Positions 60,533-64,000 of a stretch of DNA of 64,000 nucleotides are shown here, one piece after another. Source of the stretch: a virus. Location of the stretch: UHGV virus genome UHGV-0277504; one strand, 5' to 3'. Made by a program: the position numbers and the translations under genes. The first letter of the stretch is position 1. Each line of letters begins with the position of its first letter. Below the pieces are notes generated by a model. The model made no database searches, was not told the DNA's origin, and saw only the letters and a list, made by a program, of their open reading frames with translations.

Positions 60533-60645
60533 ATTTATTCACTTCCTTCTATATATTTACTATTATACCACATATGTATCTTTTCTGCAATATCTTTATC
60601 AATTTTAATATAGCATCATAATAAAAAAGACGGTATAAAACCGCC

Positions 60646-61314
60646 TTATAAATTAACTTTATATTTTGTTGTAACATTATTACTATCATATTTAATACTT
60701 TCTTGAACTGTATCATGTATAGCTTTTGCCATGTTCTTTATTATGTCAGTCCAGTTATCTTTATTTTCCCTTTTGAATCTTCTACTATCTCCATTTTTAA
60801 AAAATGATTGTCTTAAAGCTGTTGTTAACTCTAGTTGAACACCTTTAGATTTACGTGTTCTATTTGTAATATTATCATCATTCTCACCTATAATATTAGG
60901 TGGGGATATTTGTACTTTAATACCTATATCCTCTAAAGCAGACCATATAGCATTTCTCAACTTAACATCATTACCACCCATATAACAAATAGGTTCTTCT
61001 CCTGATGCTCCATGTATAGAAACTGCATAATCTGTTTCTTTTATAAGTTCTAGTAATTGAGGAGCATCATAATTAGTGGATGTAACATGTAAGCTAGAAT
61101 TATTACTACTTTTTAATCCTTTGAACTCATAGATATTATAATTTCCTAGTTCTCTTATTGCCTCTACTAATTCAGTAGACCCTACTTCAATACCTCCACC
61201 ATGTATACTTGTTAAGAGTACCTTACTATCATTGTCTTCAGTAATAACCTCGTAATCAGTACCTTCTACTTCATTTTTAAATAACTCTGTCATAGAACTA
61301 TATTTATCAGCCAT
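60646..61314 (-). CDS. putative zinc hydrolase (PghP / DUF867-like)
   Basis: TSIHGGGIE ... SIHGASGEE pattern. Low confidence. Confidence 0.3.
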   Translation of the reverse strand: MADKYSSMTELFKNEVEGTDYEVITEDNDSKVLLTSIHGGGIEVGSTELVEAIRELGNYNIYEFKGLKSSNNSSLHVTSTNYDAPQLLELIKETDYAVSIHGASGEEPICYMGGNDVKLRNAIWSALEDIGIKVQISPPNIIGENDDNITNRTRKSKGVQLELTTALRQSFFKNGDSRRFKRENKDNWTDIIKNMAKAIHDTVQESIKYDSNNVTTKYKVNL

Positions 61315-61334
61315 TGTGTTCCCTTCAACCTCCT

Positions 61335-63488
61335 TTAAATGTATCTATCTTTAATATACTTATCATACACATATATTTCTTTTACTGCACCATCAAATTC
61401 AGTATTCAACTTTATTTCTTTTGTATCAGGCATTTTATACCCTCCAAAGTCTAAGAATCCAGAATTACTATTATTAACAAATAAAGTTACAGTGTTACTA
61501 TTATTAGACCATTTTAACACAATATCATAACTTTTCCAAGACGCTGGATTCCAACTTGTATTATATGTAAATGTTTTACCATTTACATCTACATAAAAGT
61601 TAAAATCTTCATCTATACCAAATTTTAATGTAGACATCTCTAACAACACTTGTTTAGACATTCTTCTATTTGAAGATTCAAAAGTAAAATAACAGGTAGC
61701 TTCGGTATTAATATATTTATCTAATTTAATAGTAGCTGTTTCAGATTTTGTATTTCTAATAAGTAACCCGTTTAAATCATATATAGGCTCATCTACTCCA
61801 TAGTCTCTACCTTTGTATGATTCCGTTGAGTTTCTTTTAAATTCTATACCAACGTCTTTACTTATAAGTTTATCATTTTCTATGAAACCTAGCAATTCAT
61901 TAATGCTACCTTCATAACCTAAGGAGTTAAAAAAGGATATAGCATTTGATGAATTATTGCTACCTTTTTCTAAAGTGTATATTCTGCCCTCTAAACTAGG
62001 TATTTTCTTATCATTTAAACTTCTCGATAATTTATCAATATAATCTACAGTACTATTTATTGTAGTATAATTATTCTCTAAGTTATTAATACGCTCCTCA
62101 TGACTAGCCTCTTTTGAGCTATCTGTGTTAAATGATTTACTCTCTATTGTATTAAGTCTTTCATATATATCAGGTAAATCATTCGTATCATAAGAATTTA
62201 TCTTTTTCTTTATAGTAGTAACATCATTTTTTAGTGGTTCAAACTCTTGGTTATAAGAATTAATTACTTTTGATGCGTCTTCATAGAATTCTTTATAGGT
62301 CTTATCTCTAAAATCTTGGAACTGTTGTATTATTCCTTCTGCTCTTGAACTTACATCACTTATTCTAGTATTCATAAGATTAACATCATCTGTAGCTTTT
62401 TTAGATACTTCTATCGCATTTTTAGTATCTCTTATGAGCTCTTCTATATTTTCTTTACCTACTGTTGAAAGCATATTATCTATATCTTTTATTTGTTTTT
62501 TTATTTCTTCCAACTCTTTTGATGAATTTTGTATACTATCATCTAAAGCATCTAAAATAGGTCTCTCATTTACTAGAATACCTTTATCTGTAAATTCAAA
62601 TTTGTTATTATCATTTTTTATATAAAATGAATTAGTTTCAGAATCAATACCATACTCTACCCAAACTTGACCTTCATCAAGTAGTAAAGAATCTCCTTCA
62701 TGTTTTACTCTATAATTATTATTAGAAATCTCTTGAGTTGTTCTCTTTTGTTTTTCAGTATCCATATTAGATACCCGATAAGTACCATCTTCACCAATAA
62801 ATATTGTAGTAATGTGATTATCTTCTCCTATATCTCCTTGATGTTTAAATAGCATTTTAGGTGCTCTTTGATTTCGTGGTTCTACTAAGTCTCCTCTTCT
62901 ATCATGTGATGGATATAAATCACCATAACTGGTTCCTGTGTAGAAGTCTGTTGCTTGTTCTTGCTCATCTTCATTAGAGTTTATTGTAAAGAAAGATTTA
63001 CCGTTAAATGTTTTTATTACAGTACCTTCACCATCTATAAAATCATATGTTAATGATGGATATAATTTATACATAGCACTACCATATCTAAAAATATCCT
63101 CATTAGAAAAATCTCCACTATCTATAGGTGTGGGTGTTATGAGTTTATTGACATCTGAATCACCATATACATTTAGTACTATAGGTCTACTACCTTCTCC
63201 ATTAATAAATCCTACAAGAGCTGTAGAACCTGGAGTAACAAGTGGTACTTCACCAAAATAAACCCCTTCAGGTGTTTTACCGATAAAACTTTTTGGTATA
63301 GGTGCTGAATATTTACCATCTGAACCTTTAACTTGACCTGCATACGTATTTTTAGTTTGAAATTCCACTGTTTGATATTTATAATTTACTTTAGTTATTT
63401 TAGCTAAGTATAAATTATTTATATTAAAATCATCAGCATCTACTTGCTTAACATTACTTCCTAATGACGATTGTAATCGTACTACCAC
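61335..63488 (-). CDS. tail/baseplate structural protein with a central coiled coil (717 aa)
   Basis: ORF track. Long heptad-like region. Confidence 0.4.
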   Translation of the reverse strand: MVVRLQSSLGSNVKQVDADDFNINNLYLAKITKVNYKYQTVEFQTKNTYAGQVKGSDGKYSAPIPKSFIGKTPEGVYFGEVPLVTPGSTALVGFINGEGSRPIVLNVYGDSDVNKLITPTPIDSGDFSNEDIFRYGSAMYKLYPSLTYDFIDGEGTVIKTFNGKSFFTINSNEDEQEQATDFYTGTSYGDLYPSHDRRGDLVEPRNQRAPKMLFKHQGDIGEDNHITTIFIGEDGTYRVSNMDTEKQKRTTQEISNNNYRVKHEGDSLLLDEGQVWVEYGIDSETNSFYIKNDNNKFEFTDKGILVNERPILDALDDSIQNSSKELEEIKKQIKDIDNMLSTVGKENIEELIRDTKNAIEVSKKATDDVNLMNTRISDVSSRAEGIIQQFQDFRDKTYKEFYEDASKVINSYNQEFEPLKNDVTTIKKKINSYDTNDLPDIYERLNTIESKSFNTDSSKEASHEERINNLENNYTTINSTVDYIDKLSRSLNDKKIPSLEGRIYTLEKGSNNSSNAISFFNSLGYEGSINELLGFIENDKLISKDVGIEFKRNSTESYKGRDYGVDEPIYDLNGLLIRNTKSETATIKLDKYINTEATCYFTFESSNRRMSKQVLLEMSTLKFGIDEDFNFYVDVNGKTFTYNTSWNPASWKSYDIVLKWSNNSNTVTLFVNNSNSGFLDFGGYKMPDTKEIKLNTEFDGAVKEIYVYDKYIKDRYI

Positions 63489-63490
63489 TA

Positions 63491-64000
63491 CTACTCACCT
63501 TCTTCTGTATCTTCTTCTAAGTAATCTTTTATTTTTACTCTTAACACTCTACCATTAAATTTATCCCAATAATCATCAAGTGAAAAAATTTTAGGATGTA
63601 TGTCATCTTTAGGAAACTCTCCTAAAATTGAAAAGAATTGATTGTCTCCTAAGTATAAACCTATAAAAGAATCATTTTTATTGAAGAATAATATATCTCC
63701 TTGTCTAAATTCTTCCTTCATAGTTTCATATTTGTATCCTTTATTAAATATTGTATCAAATGTTGTAGAAGAAAGCAAGTAATCTAATCCAAATCTATAA
63801 TTAACATCTACTCCATTTGTATATAAAATCCAATATATTAAATTAAAGGAATCTACATAATAATTATCATCTAAAAATAAAGGATTGTTAGAAGTTTTAC
63901 CTTTAAACATATAATTAATATTATCAAAATTATCTATATTATCTTGAATCATTTTAACAGCATTATCTATAGGTTCTGTATTAATTACAGATATACCTTC
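63491..64000 (-). CDS. tail-associated lysin-like protein with an NlpC/P60-like C-terminal region. 5' end lies beyond the right edge of the window.
   Basis: The frame is open upstream of the track Met (63952) to the window edge (...EGISVINTEPIDNAVKMIQDN). GDILFF motif. Confidence 0.4.
   Translation of the reverse strand, partial: EGISVINTEPIDNAVKMIQDNIDNFDNINYMFKGKTSNNPLFLDDNYYVDSFNLIYWILYTNGVDVNYRFGLDYLLSSTTFDTIFNKGYKYETMKEEFRQGDILFFNKNDSFIGLYLGDNQFFSILGEFPKDDIHPKIFSLDDYWDKFNGRVLRVKIKDYLEEDTEEGE

Noticed and set aside
1-64000. CRISPR array / regularly spaced direct repeats
   Set aside because: No repeat-spacer periodicity seen. The only exact long repeat is the two-copy 44-nt cassette.
1-64000. 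Prophage/integration features (integrase, att sites, repressor-Cro switch)
   Set aside because: None present. Gene content (polA, nrd, SbcCD, intron HEs, unidirectional transcription) is that of a virulent large myovirus.

Overview
AT-rich (~30% GC) replication, nucleotide-metabolism and tail/baseplate module of a large virulent myovirus of the SPO1/Twort/Kayvirus (Herelleviridae) type. Essentially every gene is on the minus strand, and all plus-strand ORFs in the track look like artefacts. Recognisable genes from high to low coordinate: partial tail lysin, baseplate/tail-fibre proteins, an SF2 helicase carrying an intein, a Rep-like HTH protein, a TnpB gene, a DnaB-like helicase, SbcD/SbcC, primase, an Hjc-like resolvase, nrdI-nrdE-nrdF plus a thioredoxin-like gene, an HU-like protein, a family-A DNA polymerase, an SSB-like protein, recA, then about 16 kb of small early-type genes that include a second TnpB and a kinase/phosphatase gene running off the left edge. 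The window is dense in self-splicing and selfish elements. Three essential genes are split by group I introns, each with a different homing endonuclease family: recA by a LAGLIDADG intron, polA by an HNH intron and nrdE by a GIY-YIG intron. The helicase carries a LAGLIDADG intein in its P-loop. Two diverged IS200/IS605-type tnpB genes have no tnpA partner: one is canonical with a GC-rich structured 3' flank that is a candidate omega-RNA, and one has lost its zinc finger but kept the RuvC triad. I also see a duplicated ~74-bp terminator-promoter-RBS cassette, a 14-nt leader motif shared by the polA and helicase promoters, and several intrinsic terminators whose hairpins overlap stop codons. All calls come from reading the sequence and motif recognition; no database search was run.
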